Assembly: GCF_036321535.1 (NCBI RefSeq)
Contig: NC_087437.1
Coordinates: 55,366,001 to 55,430,000, forward strand
Direction: 5' to 3'
Source: Camelus dromedarius
Taxonomy: Eukaryota
Length of the DNA: 64,000 bases
Shown here: one piece after another, positions 13,426-25,987 of the stretch
Layout: each line of letters starts with the position of its first letter
Position numbering within the stretch: position 1 is the first letter of the stretch
Made by a program: the position numbers and the translations under genes
Notes under the pieces: model-generated
Seen by the model: only the letters and a program-made list of their open reading frames with translations
What the model was told of the DNA's origin: nothing
The model's database searches: none

Positions 13426-13588
13426 CTTTGCTGCTCAAAGTATGACCTTGGAACCAGAAGCAGCAGCAGCATCTTGGAGTTTGCTGGCAACGCTGAACCT
13501 CAGGATCCACCCCAGTCACACTGCACCTGAGTGTGCATTTTCACACTATCCTCAGTTGGTTGCTATGATTAGATTTTGGGAAGTACTG
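13426..13588 (+). mobile_element. hAT-Charlie MITE, MER5A/MER5A1-like
   Basis: tgctgctcaaagtatg...gcagcagcatcttggagtttgctggcaa...ttttgggaagtactg, with CTAG-containing flanks. Confidence 0.65.
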
Positions 13589-14296
13589 GGCTAGATCACT
13601 CTCATGCTCATGACCTAAGGACATTAGTGGATTCTCACCACCTACATAACCTTCTGTGGCATCTTTAAGGCTCTGCATGCCGTAGACTGAATTGCCCTTT
13701 CCAGCCTTATTTACCATTATGCCACTTAAAAAATTCTATCAGTCAGCTTGAACTGCCTGCTGTCCCCTCAATGTTCCTGACCCAATGCCTTGGTCTCATG
13801 ATTGTGCTCATCTGATTTGCTCTCTCTGGTATGCATTCTCTCCCTCCTGTTTATCCAGACCTTTCTTGTCCTTCAGGGATACTATGGCCATAAAGACTTT
13901 CCATATTAATTGAACTACAATTATCGTCTCTCCCTTTTCTGCGCTCATGTTCTACAACGTAGAACACTTCATTATGCACATTGTAAAGAAAGCATTCCCT
14001 ACATCAGGGCCTGGTTCTGGTTCACCTTCATCCAAGCCCATCTCTGCCCGCCTCCCAGTACTCAGTATAGCGTCTGGCGCAGGGCAGGGGCTCAGAACCT
14101 ATCAAGGACTTGACTTGCATTTAATTCTGATAGAGTCCTTTATTGTTTGAAGCTCATGCCTGACACTAGCAGGGCCATCCGTCCATCCATCCGTTGAGTC
14201 CTGCCTCCATTACCCTGGACCTCCAAGCAGCTCAAACTGCCACAAGACTTCCTCCATCCTTGGGTGAAAGCACTCGGGCTGAAAAGTGCCTCAAAT

Positions 14297-14436
14297 NNNN
14301 NNNNNNNNNNNNNNNNNNNNNNNNNNNNNNNNNNNNNNNNNNNNNNNNNNNNNNNNNNNNNNNNNNNNNNNNNNNNNNNNNNNNNNNNNNNNNNNNNNNN
14401 NNNNNNNNNNNNNNNNNNNNNNNNNNNNNNNNNNNN
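14297..14436. other. Assembly gap (140 N)
   Basis: Run of N seen directly. Confidence 0.99.
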
Positions 14437-14599
14437 GCATCAGCCTCATCCAGATAGCTAATGGTCCCTGAGTAACCTGAATTATAGGACAATGAGGGCA
14501 TTTAGTTGCTGCAGTCACAAATGTGCTTGGAAGTGTCTGTTTTCCCAAGACTGCTACGAATTAGGGAGGAGTCAGGAAGAGCCAAGAGGTGAAAAAAGT

Positions 14600-14820
14600 C
14601 AGATGCAGCTAAATGTTCAGCTCCACCACTTACTAGCTATGTGACCTTGGTTGTGCAAATCTTTCACATCCTCTGGGATTCAGTTTTATCATCTGTAAAA
14701 TGGGGATGTAAAAAGGGATATTGATTTAAGGATTAAATTATTGAATATATGTGCAACGTTTACACCAATTTTTGCCACACAGTATGTGCCATGTAAGAGT
14801 TGGCTTTATTATTATTATTA
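14600..14820 (+). mobile_element. MIR SINE
   Basis: Core ccacttactagctatgtgaccttgg...cagttttatcatctgtaaaatggggat. Confidence 0.8.
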
Positions 14821-14829
14821 TTATTAATA

Positions 14830-15320
14830 TTCACTCATTTATACATCCATTTATGTATTTACAGAGCTCTTTCCCTAGGCCAGGCACTGCCTTAAATGAA
14901 GAAAATACAGAAACAAATAAGACAAAATTTCCATCTTCTAGGAGCTCTCAGTCTTGTGGGGAGGGAGGATGTGTAAGTGAAGTCAGAACAGAGTATGATA
15001 CATGCTGATACACAGTCCTGTAAATGATTCCGTGGGAGCACAGAACTCACTGTGTCTGTATTATTGACATAGGTCAAGGGATATCCAGGATTAAAGAATG
15101 AAGATAAATTTCCAAGAAGATATGGTGGGGAAGAAAACATTCCGGGAAGAAAACATTCCGGGAAGAGAGAAGACTCTGTGCAGAGTGACAGAGACAGGCT
15201 CAGGGAACCACAAAGAGTTCAGTGTGGCTGGATGGCAGTGAGAAAGAGTCAGACAACTAGAAACAAGCTGGAAAGGCAGGAAGGAGCCAGAAAGTAAAGA
15301 CTTTTGAATGCCAGGCTAAG
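14830..15320 (-). mobile_element. L2 LINE 3' fragment containing a 16-bp tandem duplication
   Basis: Antisense L2 end (ttcactcatttatacatccattt...ccaggcactg...ggagctctcagtcttgtgggg). Confidence 0.7.
15128..15166. repeat. Perfect tandem duplication, unit GGGAAGAAAACATTCC x2.4
   Basis: Units at 15128-15143 and 15144-15159, partial unit 15160-15166. Confidence 0.95.
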
Positions 15321-15509
15321 GAATTTAGATCATATTTTTTTCTGGAGTCACAAAGTGGAGATCCAGAAGCAATTTCCACCCTGCTCTGTATTTTTCAAAA
15401 TTTGAATTTGAGTGCTTTTAGATAAGGCATATGCCCCCAGTTTGCCAACACCTTACCACTCCCTATTGCCTTACACTGGTCCCTCTTCATATCCTGTGTG
15501 CTGGGCTCC

Positions 15510-15622
15510 CCCACTCATGACAGCCAACTGTGTGCATCTCTCCAACTCCATGTCCAGTGACCTCACTTTGGTATGTTGACAGTCATGACAGGAGAATTTA
15601 TAGCAAGGAAATAAAATCAAGT
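15510..15622 (+). mobile_element. Second Arthur1-like (hAT-Tip100) fragment
   Basis: tgtgcatctctccaactccatgtccagtgacctcactttggta resembles 9820-9900 of this window and the recalled consensus. Confidence 0.45.
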
Positions 15623-15625
15623 CAA

Positions 15626-15662
<37 letters not shown>

Positions 15663-15709
15663 GTTGTTGTTGTTGTTGTTATTGTTATTGTTATTATTAT
15701 TATTATTAT
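15626..15709. repeat. Compound trinucleotide microsatellite (TTA)n-(TTG)n-(TTA)n
   Basis: Seen directly; it produces the poly-Asn, poly-Tyr and poly-Cys ORFs in the track. Confidence 0.97.
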
Positions 15710-16339
15710 AGAATGTGTTTACCATTTATACCGCCCCACTGCCTTTATATTTCCTTCATGATCACTATATAGGCATTTCTGTCTTGAGTTATCAAATAGA
15801 GTGTTAACATTATTACAAAAGCAATCGATTTCAGAAATAATCGGCTAATAATTTAAACTTAGTCTTGATTATTTAGGGGACTACCAATGTGTCTTTTACT
15901 AAAGAAAACAAGTAAGACTTGTATCTTAATATTGAGGCTATCAACACAAGTAGGCCACTACAGCTGTTATACAAACAACTATTATAATCTGTTACGAATA
16001 AACATGCTGCCTGATTCACAAACAGGAACTTGTCTCCACTTTATGGGGATCCTGGGTTGTCCCCAAATGCCCCGTTGTGGGGAAAGTAACTTGAGTCTGA
16101 GAAGAGTAATCAACGTGAAGAGGAGGGAGAATCTGCTTCCATTAGTATATTCAATAGAAAGACCTAAAGAGTTGAAGAATCGCTGTGGCTTCTGAAATGC
16201 TGTGCTACGAGCGTTAATAAACGTGTAGACCTCTGAGCCAGGAAATTACCAGGGAAACTGAGAGGAACCTGCACAACATAAAAGGGTCTGTCCACCAAGA
16301 AGACAGAGCAAGCTCTACTGTGCATGCCCAAACAGTAAA

Positions 16340-18112
16340 GTTGCAAAAGACGTGACATCAAGCCACTAGAGCTGAAATGAGACATAGATAAATCCCTGAT
16401 TACAGTTGAAGAATTCAAGGCCATTCTTTCCATAATTGGTCTAAAAAATGGGCAGAAAGTCAGCAAGGATTTAGAAAAACCAAACAACACTAGGACGCAA
16501 TCAATATTTATAGAACAGTCTACCAAGTAACAGCAGAATACACATTCTTTTGCAACACCCACGGAACATGTACCAAGATCTACTATATCCTGAATCACAA
16601 AACAGACCTCATCAAATTTAAAAGAATTGCAGTCACACCAAAGTACGCTCTCTGATTACAACGGAATCAAACAAGAAATCTATAAAAGAAAGAGAACAGA
16701 AAAACCTCCAAACACTTAGAAACAAAACAACATACTTCTAAATAGGGGTACATAATTCAGGGGTCAAACAGAAAGCCTCAAAGGAATTAAAAAGTACATT
16801 GAATGAAATGCAAATAAAAATACAACACATCACAATGTGTGGGAGACAATTAATGCAGGCCTGAGAAAGAAATTTCAACACTAAAGGGAAAGTGCTCGAT
16901 ACAATTGAGGAAAAGTCTCAAGTCAATAATAGAAGCTCCTGCTTCAAGAAATTAGAAAAAGAAAATTCAAAGTGAGAAGAAAGAAGGAAATAATAAAGAT
17001 AAAAGTACAAGTTAATAAAACCCCAAAATAATAGGGGAAATTAATGAAGCAAAAAACTGGTTCTCTGAAAAGTTCAATAAAATTGACAAACTGCTAGCAA
17101 GGCTGACAAAGGAAAAAAAATAGATACAAATTACTAATATTAGGAATGAAACAGGGGATAGCACTACAAACCCTGTTTGACAACTTAGATGAAATGAACC
17201 ATTTCCTCAATACACACAAACTACCACAACTCACCCAAGATAAAATAGATAATTTGAATAGCCTTATAACAATTAAGAAATTAAATCTGTAATTAAAACC
17301 TCCACAAAAAGAAGTATCCAAGCCCAGATGGTTTCACTGGAGAATTCTATTAGATGATTAGAGAAGAATGAACATCAATTTATATAGTTTTAATAATAGT
17401 AGAGGGAAACCTTTTTAATTTAATAAAGGATATCTTCACAAAACCTATAACTAACATCATGCAGTTGGGAAAAGATAATTATTTCCCCCTAAGACTGGGA
17501 ACAGGACAGGTGTTCACTTTCACTATCAAATTTAACATAGTCCTAGAAGTTCTAGCCAGCATAATAAGGTAAGAAAAGGAAATAAAAGGCATACAGATCA
17601 AACAGGAAGAAATAAAAAATGTCCTAATTGTAGATGGCCTGATAGTCTATGTAGAAAACTCCAAGGAGTCTACCAAAAAATTCCCAGAACTAGTAGATAA
17701 GTTTAATAAGTTTTCAAGGTACAAGATCAACATACAAAAATTAATTGTATTTCTACACACTAGCATTAAAGAAATGAAAACAAATTAAAAATACAATGAC
17801 ATTTATAATCACTCAAAAAAAGAAAAATAAGGGTAAATCTAAAAAAATTATGTATAGGATTTACACGTTGAAAGGTACAAAATGCTGACGAAAGAAATCA
17901 AAGAAGATATAATGAAAGGAGAAACATACCAAGTTCCTGTATTCATAGGTTGGAAGAATCAATATAATAAAGATGTCAATTCTCCACAAATTTGACATAC
18001 AGTTTTAACATAATTTCTTTTTATCTCAGCAAGATTTTTGTAGGTATAGACAAGGCAATTGATGGAAAGATGAAGGAGTTAGAACAGTTAAAACAAGTCT
18101 GAAAAAGAATAA
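16340..18112 (+). mobile_element. Old degenerate L1 ORF2 fragment (endonuclease to reverse-transcriptase region, with internal deletions)
   Basis: Decayed ORF2 motifs: ccaagcccagatggtttcactggagaattcta (SPGPDGFTGEF-like), ttccccctaagactgggaacaggacagg (FPLRSGTRQG-like), gtagatggcctgatagtctatgtagaaaa (ADDMIVYLEN-like). No intact ORF. Confidence 0.85.
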
Positions 18113-18129
18113 AGTGCTTCTCATCTGCA

Positions 18130-18680
18130 ATCCCTCTTTTCTACTATATAACTTCAGCCCCTGGCCATAACTGATTGGACAAAGAGGGGCTAATCCATTA
18201 GCTGACTGGAGACCCAAAAGACAACTCAAAGGAACAATCTGGATGAATGGAATGCCCTACCTTGAGAGTCTGAACTGGGAGATGCTAAACTACAGAGGCC
18301 GGTTAGCTATGAGAGCAGACTGAAAATTCAGGTATAGTCAGGACTAAGGAAACAAGGAAAGGTCCTCTGCAAGGTGGAATTAAAGAGGAACAACTCTGGC
18401 AGTAAGCAGAAGGAGCACATCAGACTAGAGGATACAGATGAGACGTGTAGAGGAATACACAGAAATCACGAGAGAGACAGCCCCCCACCCCCGTCCCCGA
18501 GACAGTAGATTTTATTCCTTGTGACTTTCCAGGTTTCATAAAGCCCAACTCTGCTATGGCTCCTGTTCTCGGGTTTCCGTGGCATTCCTCCAAGTATTTT
18601 TATAACACATCTCCTCTTCTTGGACTTGCCTGATGCGGGCTGCCTCCCCTGTACCCAAGGAGATGTAACTAACATAGTAC
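18130..18680 (+). mobile_element. Old ERVL/MaLR-type solo LTR remnant (LTR16/MLT1-like)
   Basis: cccctggccataactgattggacaaagagggg resembles a common ERVL/MaLR LTR motif; highly diverged. Confidence 0.4.
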
Positions 18681-20549
18681 AGTAAGTAAGTCTCTCTCCC
18701 ATTTAAAAAAATTAAATAAAACAATAGAAGGGGCAAGATGTGAGCATGTGTTGTGTCTTGTCCCTCTGTTCTTCCCTCTCTGCTGCCTCCTCAAAATTAG
18801 TCCTCGTTCCCCTGCCAGCTTCTTTGGCTTCTGATCAAGTGAATCCCCTGAAGTGAATTCAGGGAAGCAGGGGAGGAGACAGCCCCTCAGGGTGTGGGTC
18901 TCTTGTTAGTGCGTGTGCCTGCAGGACTTGAGCTTTTCAACAGCTATTTAGTCTGTTTGTGGGAAAGAGAGAAAGAAGGATGGGGTGTGCCCAGAGTCTT
19001 TTCTTTTGTGTAGGGTTTAAAATATCTTACTGATGGTACTGTGCTAGGGAGAGCACAATTGCCTGGCTGCAGAGACAAACTAAGAGGGAGAAGAAGCTTG
19101 ATGGAGTGTATATGGACTGGGCAGGGCGGGGAGGGACAGGAGAGGGGCGTTCAGAAGAGCTGGGTTCTCACCTTGGCTCTGTCATTCGTACCAGATGCAC
19201 ATCACTTTATTGAGGCATGGTCCCTCCACCTTTAAGTGGGGGATAATAACCATGTAGTGCAAAAACATTCACAAATTGCAAAGAAGCTGGATATTCCCGC
19301 ATGTGATGTGGCTTCGGTTTGTATCTCCTTCCACTCTCCCCCTTGTTCCCTCTGCTTTAGTCGCACTGGCTTCCTTGCTGTTTCATAAAGCATGATGGAG
19401 CCCGTCTTGAGGACTTTATTATCCAGAGGGAAAAACTGACCATTGTTTTTCTCTGCAATCAACTAGAGCAATATGAAACTCCACAGTAGGACTCTTCTTA
19501 CTCAAGAAAAAAACAGTCTTTGTGGGCACAAAAATGGACGTTTCCAGGTGCATTCTGTCCATGTCTTATGGGGACGCTCCGTCCTATAGTGATACATGTT
19601 AAAGAGGTGTTGAAGAAATAAATAAATGTTCCTGAGATCTTTCTTTGTGTACGTTCCAGAGAATCTTCCGTACTTGGCAACTTGTGCTTTTCCAACACTG
19701 AAATCTTCACCAAAGAGCAGGAAATGAAATATTGATAGGAGAGAGTTCTTTAAGAGCATCAAACAGATGCCTGGGTGCCTGCTCCTCAGCCCTGGGAGCA
19801 GTGGGCTGGGAATCAGGGTACCTGAGTCTGTGGACTTGTCAATCTGTATTATCATTATCAACTCTCATCACATCTTTGGGTACCACATTAACTCCTACTC
19901 TTCCTTAGATGCTTTTACCTCACATGTTAGAGAACTACATATTCTATAAGATCTGAATGCTTTCCTCAGTCTTCCCAGCAGCGAGCACAGGGCCTGGTAC
20001 CTGACTGGCTGCATGGGGTAGTGGGAAAAAAATGAACCACAGGAAGTCAAGTCAGGGAACGGAACGGGAACAGGGAAGATTTGTGGACATGAAGTTTTTA
20101 TTAGAACACTGAGTTTACTTGGAGGGTCCCCTATTTTAAACAAATCGGAGAGGCCCAGGGAAAGAGTAACCCAATGATTGAAAGAATTGCATGCGGGTTA
20201 TTTAGCTAAAGGTTTTATAAGATTTCACTTAGCTCAGGGGGAGGGAAATTGCTTTGCTTCAATGCCATGTATTTTTTCATCTGTTCGTGTTTGAATAGCA
20301 AACTCAAATTGAGTTCTCTTCAGGGCCTGGAACCCAGTGGGTGCTCAGAGAGTAAGTGTGGAATGAATGATGCAGTGTTTTCCTCCTGGGTTGCAGATTT
20401 CTGGCTGGCCAAGGTACTGTCTTCCTCTTCCAAGGGCTGGGTTATGTTATGTTATGCTAAGAGGCTAGAGGGGCACAGGACAGAAGATTGATTTGTAAAT
20501 CAGGTATAATCTCTCTATTCAATATTAGGGAAGATGTCTTTACTGAGTG

Positions 20550-20552
<3 letters not shown>

Positions 20553-20611
<59 letters not shown>

Positions 20612-20622
20612 GCGCGCGCGCG
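20553..20622. repeat. (TG)28-TC-(CG)6 microsatellite
   Basis: TG at 20553-20608 and CG at 20611-20622, seen directly. Confidence 0.97.
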
Positions 20623-21779
20623 CTCACAAACACGCATGCTTATGTGTACGTGTTCCAGGGAGTAACATTAGAAAAAATATTTTGGGAAGAAAAATCATTT
20701 CCAAACCACAAATTGATTTGACACAACCTTAAAAGAGCAACTGAGAGTATTGTTAGGCGTGGTGCTGGGGCCACTGGGAAGGCATCTGGGGCGATTTGAG
20801 TGACTAGGCGGGGGTCCTGGAAACTTGCTCCCGTGGGTCCGGTCCCGCCTGTCATTGCTAGTTCGCTGTTGCCCTCTGCTGGCCAAATTGTTGTAATCCC
20901 AGGAAACGGAGGCAAGTCTCCCGGAGCAACTAGATTCCCACTTCAGTGAGGTCTAGGCCCCTTCCCCATCAAGCCGGGAAATGATGTCAGTGCTGAGGAA
21001 CAGCGGTGGCGGGGAGGGGGATGAGGCAAATCCTCTGCCAGGAGAGATCGGCTTTCATCACTGAGGGGATGAATTTCGTGAGTCTTACGCTTTATTCCAT
21101 GCTCTGCTCAGTCGCTAAGACCATGCTCCCTCTTTGGTCTGTGCTGAGCCCAGTGAGGGGACCCACTGAGGACTAAGGCACTGTCTCTACACCAGAAGGT
21201 CTCCCATCAAATGTGGGGGGAATGGGAATACAAATACAGGAAGCACCCTAATTTAAAGGAGACTGTGACCAGGGCCACAACTGAGGCACTGACCGAGGCT
21301 TGTGCGTATTTAAAGAAAAGAAGGATGACTTCCACTTGCAGGTGAGGGAGGCGAGGGAAGGACCTCTGTAAATAGTTTGCGTTTAAGCGGGGAATTTGAA
21401 GGTTGGGTGAACTTTTCATTTAAAAAAAATATCTCTTTTACCATCAAAGGAGGATATGTTTATTATAAAAAAAAAAATCAACTCTAGCTAATAAAAGCAT
21501 GAGAAGAAAGTCACTTGAAATCCTACCACTCAGAAATCATCAGTGTTAACATTCTGATCTATGTATTTTGTTGTTGTTACAAAATTGGAAGTATACTGAA
21601 GGTAACATTTTGTATCCTGCTCTTTCTCACTCTTACTGCATGAACAGTTTCCCGATGTTACTGATGATTTCTTGAAAATGTGCTACTTTGAGGCGGGAGT
21701 GTTTCAATATGTACACCTGAGGACAGCATTCTTCAAGCAGCAAGAGGCAAGACATATAGTTTGCATGGCACGAGAATAG

Positions 21780-22640
21780 TTAATTCTTCACTAATTCTTT
21801 TCAGAAATATATTTTGGACACCTATTACCTTGGAGACACAATGTTAAGAACTGCTTCTGTCTTTGTGAGGTTTACAGGATGGAGAGGAGACAGACATTAA
21901 TTCGGTAATCATAGAAATAACTGTAAAACTGCATCTGGGATAAGAACTGAAAATGTGCAGGTCTATGAAAGTGTACATTAGAAAGAAAAGAAGTAGTCAC
22001 AGAGGTCTGGGCAGGCTTGCGAGAGTACGGAGTAATTGAGCTGAGCACTACAGGAGGTAAGTAGGTAAAGAAGATTAGGAAGAACATACTCAGCAGAGGG
22101 AACCACATGTGCAAAGTCCCTTCTGTACGAGTGGGCGTGGTGAGTGTGAGAAGCTGAAAGAAGGTCGAGGAGAGTGGCATGTAGAGGCTTGGCTGGAAGT
22201 GAAGCTGAAGAAATAGGGGAGATCTGACCCTGCAGAGCCTCTTTGACCAGGTGAAAAATTTTTGTTGTCTCATAAGAGCTATAGAAGAACCGTTGAACTT
22301 TTTGAAGCCAGAGTCAGGGGGTAAAGGCCAGATTGCTTTGAAAAGGTCTACCTCATTGCAGTATCGTGGCAAGACTGGAGGGGAGCTAAGAATATGTCCA
22401 TAAATCAAGTCCAAGGGACTAGTAGCCCTAGCCCACTGAGAAAGTCATTGCAATAGTCCAGGCAGGAGATATGGGAAGACTGGATTAGGATACTGAAAGT
22501 CTGGAGAGAAGTGGATGGTTTTGAGAGATGTTTAGGGAGTGAAATGTTTAGGACTTGGCATATGAAGTGAGGAAATGGGATGGGTCCAGAAGGACGCCCG
22601 AGTCTCTAGCTTGCATCACTCGATGGAATGTGGGTTTTTC
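21780..22640 (-). mobile_element. L2 LINE fragment
   Basis: Antisense L2 3' region (cagaaatatattttggacacctattacc...tggagaggagacagacatta...ggattaggatactg). Confidence 0.7.
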
Positions 22641-24279
22641 CCCTACGATATGGAGCACTGGAAGTGGTCAAAGTTTAAAGGGGCCAGTCAAGGATATTGT
22701 TTGGAGGGAGTGGTTTCCCAGAGAATAATTTCAGGAGTGGCAGAGATCATCGCATCAGCTCCTTCCAGAGGTGGTTTTACCACCTTCACATACGACACTG
22801 AAGGATCCTCTATCTGGGGGGTGAGTGGTACCAGGGGTAAAGCCAACACTATCCCTGGATTTGGGGTCTCCATACCTGTTTCAGGTCTTTGAACTACTTC
22901 TTGTTAGGTGTAAGACATCAGGCAAGTCACTTTAGGGGTCTTTGGACCTTAGTTTCTTGTCTTTAAAATGAGGGTAAGTCCAAAGGATTGTTGGGAGGAT
23001 TAAACGAGAGCATTGATATTCAAGGGCTTTGTAAGCCTCCGTGAATGGCACAAAGAGTATATTCTTGTTATTCCTATGCCTATGTTTGTTCTGGATATTA
23101 TCACCAACCAAACATATTAATATTAGGGATATAAAATTCAGTGTTTTCTCCAAGAGTTCTTTGGGGGAAAAAAGGTGTGATTGAAGTCTAAATAAATAAA
23201 TATACCACCCAGGAGCTAGAGATGGTGGCCCCAAACTATTTATAAGCCTGTGTGTTTACTTGGATTCAGACTTTTCCCGACATGTAAATTATGCAGTCTG
23301 TGTCACAGCAGAGCACTCTGTGTTCCTAAAAAGAATTCTCTTTTTTTTCCCTCCCCTCCGAATCCATCCTTTACCTTTTAAAATAAATCTCATTATGGAG
23401 TGCTGACATTTTCAGTAAAACCATTCAACCAAAATCGGAGGATTTTTTAGACTAAAAACAAGTCTGGTTTATTAGGCAGCAGCTTATAACTTGCTGCTAA
23501 GTAGATACAATCTATTTAGAGAAATGTATGTAGATATCTGATAAGACGTTTCTGAATCCCTGTCTCTTTCTGACTAAGACTGAGAGTGTTAAACAGATGA
23601 TCAAGATTTCTCTCCTTCTCTCTGCGGAGTGGGAGTTGAGAATTGCAGCGTTGTCGGAGTGGATGGAAACCACAGAACCAAGGTTTAAACAAGATCTCTC
23701 GGTAGCTACACCACTAACTCTACTACCAGATCTTAGCTGATTGATTTTAGACATGACCTTCCTCAAAGGGTGGTGGGGACATGTAGAGCTAATACTTGTG
23801 CATACCTGATAGCTGGCATGTGTCATATAACAAGGTCTCCATGCATGGTCTCATCTTTCTTTTCTTCCTTCTTGTGTTTCTCCCTACTTCTTCCTCCTTC
23901 ATCTCCCTTTTTTCCTCCTTCACGTCTCCTCCTGTTCCTCCTCCCATTGATTTAACTCCTAACTCTGTCTTGCCTGTCTGTCTCTTGACTACATTGAAGA
24001 ATGGCATATATTGGGGTTACCCAAGGTCACCTAGTCACTTAGGTCCCTGCCAATGATAATAACTGCTAATTTACAAAGCATTGGTTGAGAATCATATGCC
24101 TTAATTCTCTCCCCAAACTTGTGAGATGGTTATTAGTACCATCTCCATTTCACAGATAAGGGATGTGAGCTACAGACAGGCTCAATGTCCAGTCTTACAG
24201 AGTTAGTAACTGGTAGAGCTGGCAGTTTTCACCCCCTACACTCACCCAGCCCAAAGGCCTCCAAAATGGTTATGATTGA

Positions 24280-24371
24280 CACTCATTTATTCACTCGAAA
24301 GATACTTATTTAGTGCAGGCTATTTGACAGGAACTGAGTACAGAGCCTCACAGACAGTCCTCCTAGAACAG

Positions 24372-24403
<32 letters not shown>

Positions 24404-24900
24404 ACACTCACACTCTGACACATAGGGGTGATACTCAGACCACACTCACTGGCATTGCCCCACCCTGTAAACTGGGTGTTCATTCTGATTTGTCAGTGTT
24501 TATGTGGTACCCACTGCTGAACTTTATACATATCATTCCTTCTTACAAACCATAATAGGTTTGGAAAAGGAAAAAGGATCAGCATGCTTTGAGAGAGTGT
24601 AACAGAGGGATGAGTTAATATAGGGGTTTAAGATAACTTCTTTGAATGAGGTACTTGAACCATGACTTGGACAATGAGTTTTCTCAGTGTGCTTTGAGAT
24701 GATGCTGGGCAGAGGCCAGACCACACAGCGACCTGTAGTCCATGTCACATAACTTGGATTTGATCCTGAAATCAGAAAGATGCTACGTAATACAGTAAAC
24801 AGGGGAGTGGTATCATTCCTTTCGTATTTTAGGAATAGCACCGTGGTTACTGTGAGAATGGATGGGAGCAGGGTGCTCAGACTATCTTTACATTAGACTG
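24280..24900 (-). mobile_element. L2 LINE fragments interrupted by an (AC)n repeat
   Basis: actcatttattcactcgaaagatacttatttagtgcaggc and later ttggatttgatcctgaaatcagaaagatgc are L2-like. Confidence 0.55.
24372..24415. repeat. (AC)13 plus imperfect AC microsatellite
   Basis: Seen directly. Confidence 0.95.
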
Positions 24901-25801
24901 ATGCTGTGTAGTGGGGATTCAGATATGAATCAGTCACAAATCATCCTTTCCAGACTCTTAGGGAAGACAAAACATGTACTGAAACAATTATAGTAAAAGT
25001 CACACAGTGCTATATACTGAAGGCTGCAGCAGACAGACAGCAGAAGTGCTGTGGCTGAGAGGAACTGCAGACCCTGCTGACTTTCTTTTCACCAGAAACC
25101 ATTGCTTTGACATCTTTCTGTCCTCACTGTCGGAGAGATTCCTAACTCTCATAATTTTCCATGCGTACTCTGAAAGGCTGTCAAATCTGAAGCAAATCAA
25201 TTCAGGAAACACTCATCTATTGTCTGCTTTGTCTTTGGCTCACAAGAATCCTACTTCACTAGTTACACTATATTTCTACCACAAGAAATGATACAGTGAG
25301 TTTGAAATAGTGATGGCTTGGGTGGCAGTCAGTGGACCTGTATTCAATTCTCCATTTTGTCTTTGGTTAGCAACGCAAACTTTGGAGATTGGCATAAACT
25401 AGTGCTTAGTGAGTTGTCCAGACTGAGTTAGAACAAAGAGATATTTTTGGTGTCTTTGAGGAAGATGCACTCTATGAAGATTTTCTAGAGAGCTGGGAAG
25501 ATGTGGAGGAGCATGAGTCAGTTGACTGCCAACATGATACAATCCTGCTCATCCCCACTGGATCGCATTAATGGTAATCATCTCTGAGCTCTGTGTCCAT
25601 AAAACATTTCCCTGTTATCTTCCACCTTCCTTCTCCCTTGGTCATGGGACCAGAGTGAGGGAAGAAATGGCATTCTTCAGCTCCTCTTTCTTCCAAGATG
25701 GTCTAACCTCTTCATTTCTCATGTTAGCAGAGATGTTTCAGTGAATGCCATTATCTTTAACTTGGAAAGATTATGCCATTGACTTCTCTTCTCTGTGGTG
25801 A

Positions 25802-25987
<186 letters not shown>

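Noticed and set aside
15471-15772. ORFs with poly-Asn, poly-Tyr and poly-Cys
   Set aside because: Translation artefacts of the TTA/TTG microsatellite.
16164-16598. 144-aa minus-strand ORF
   Set aside because: Antisense to a decayed L1 ORF2 fragment; not a gene.
21872-22414. 180-aa minus-strand ORF
   Set aside because: Lies wholly within an L2 fossil, and the product resembles no protein family I recognise.
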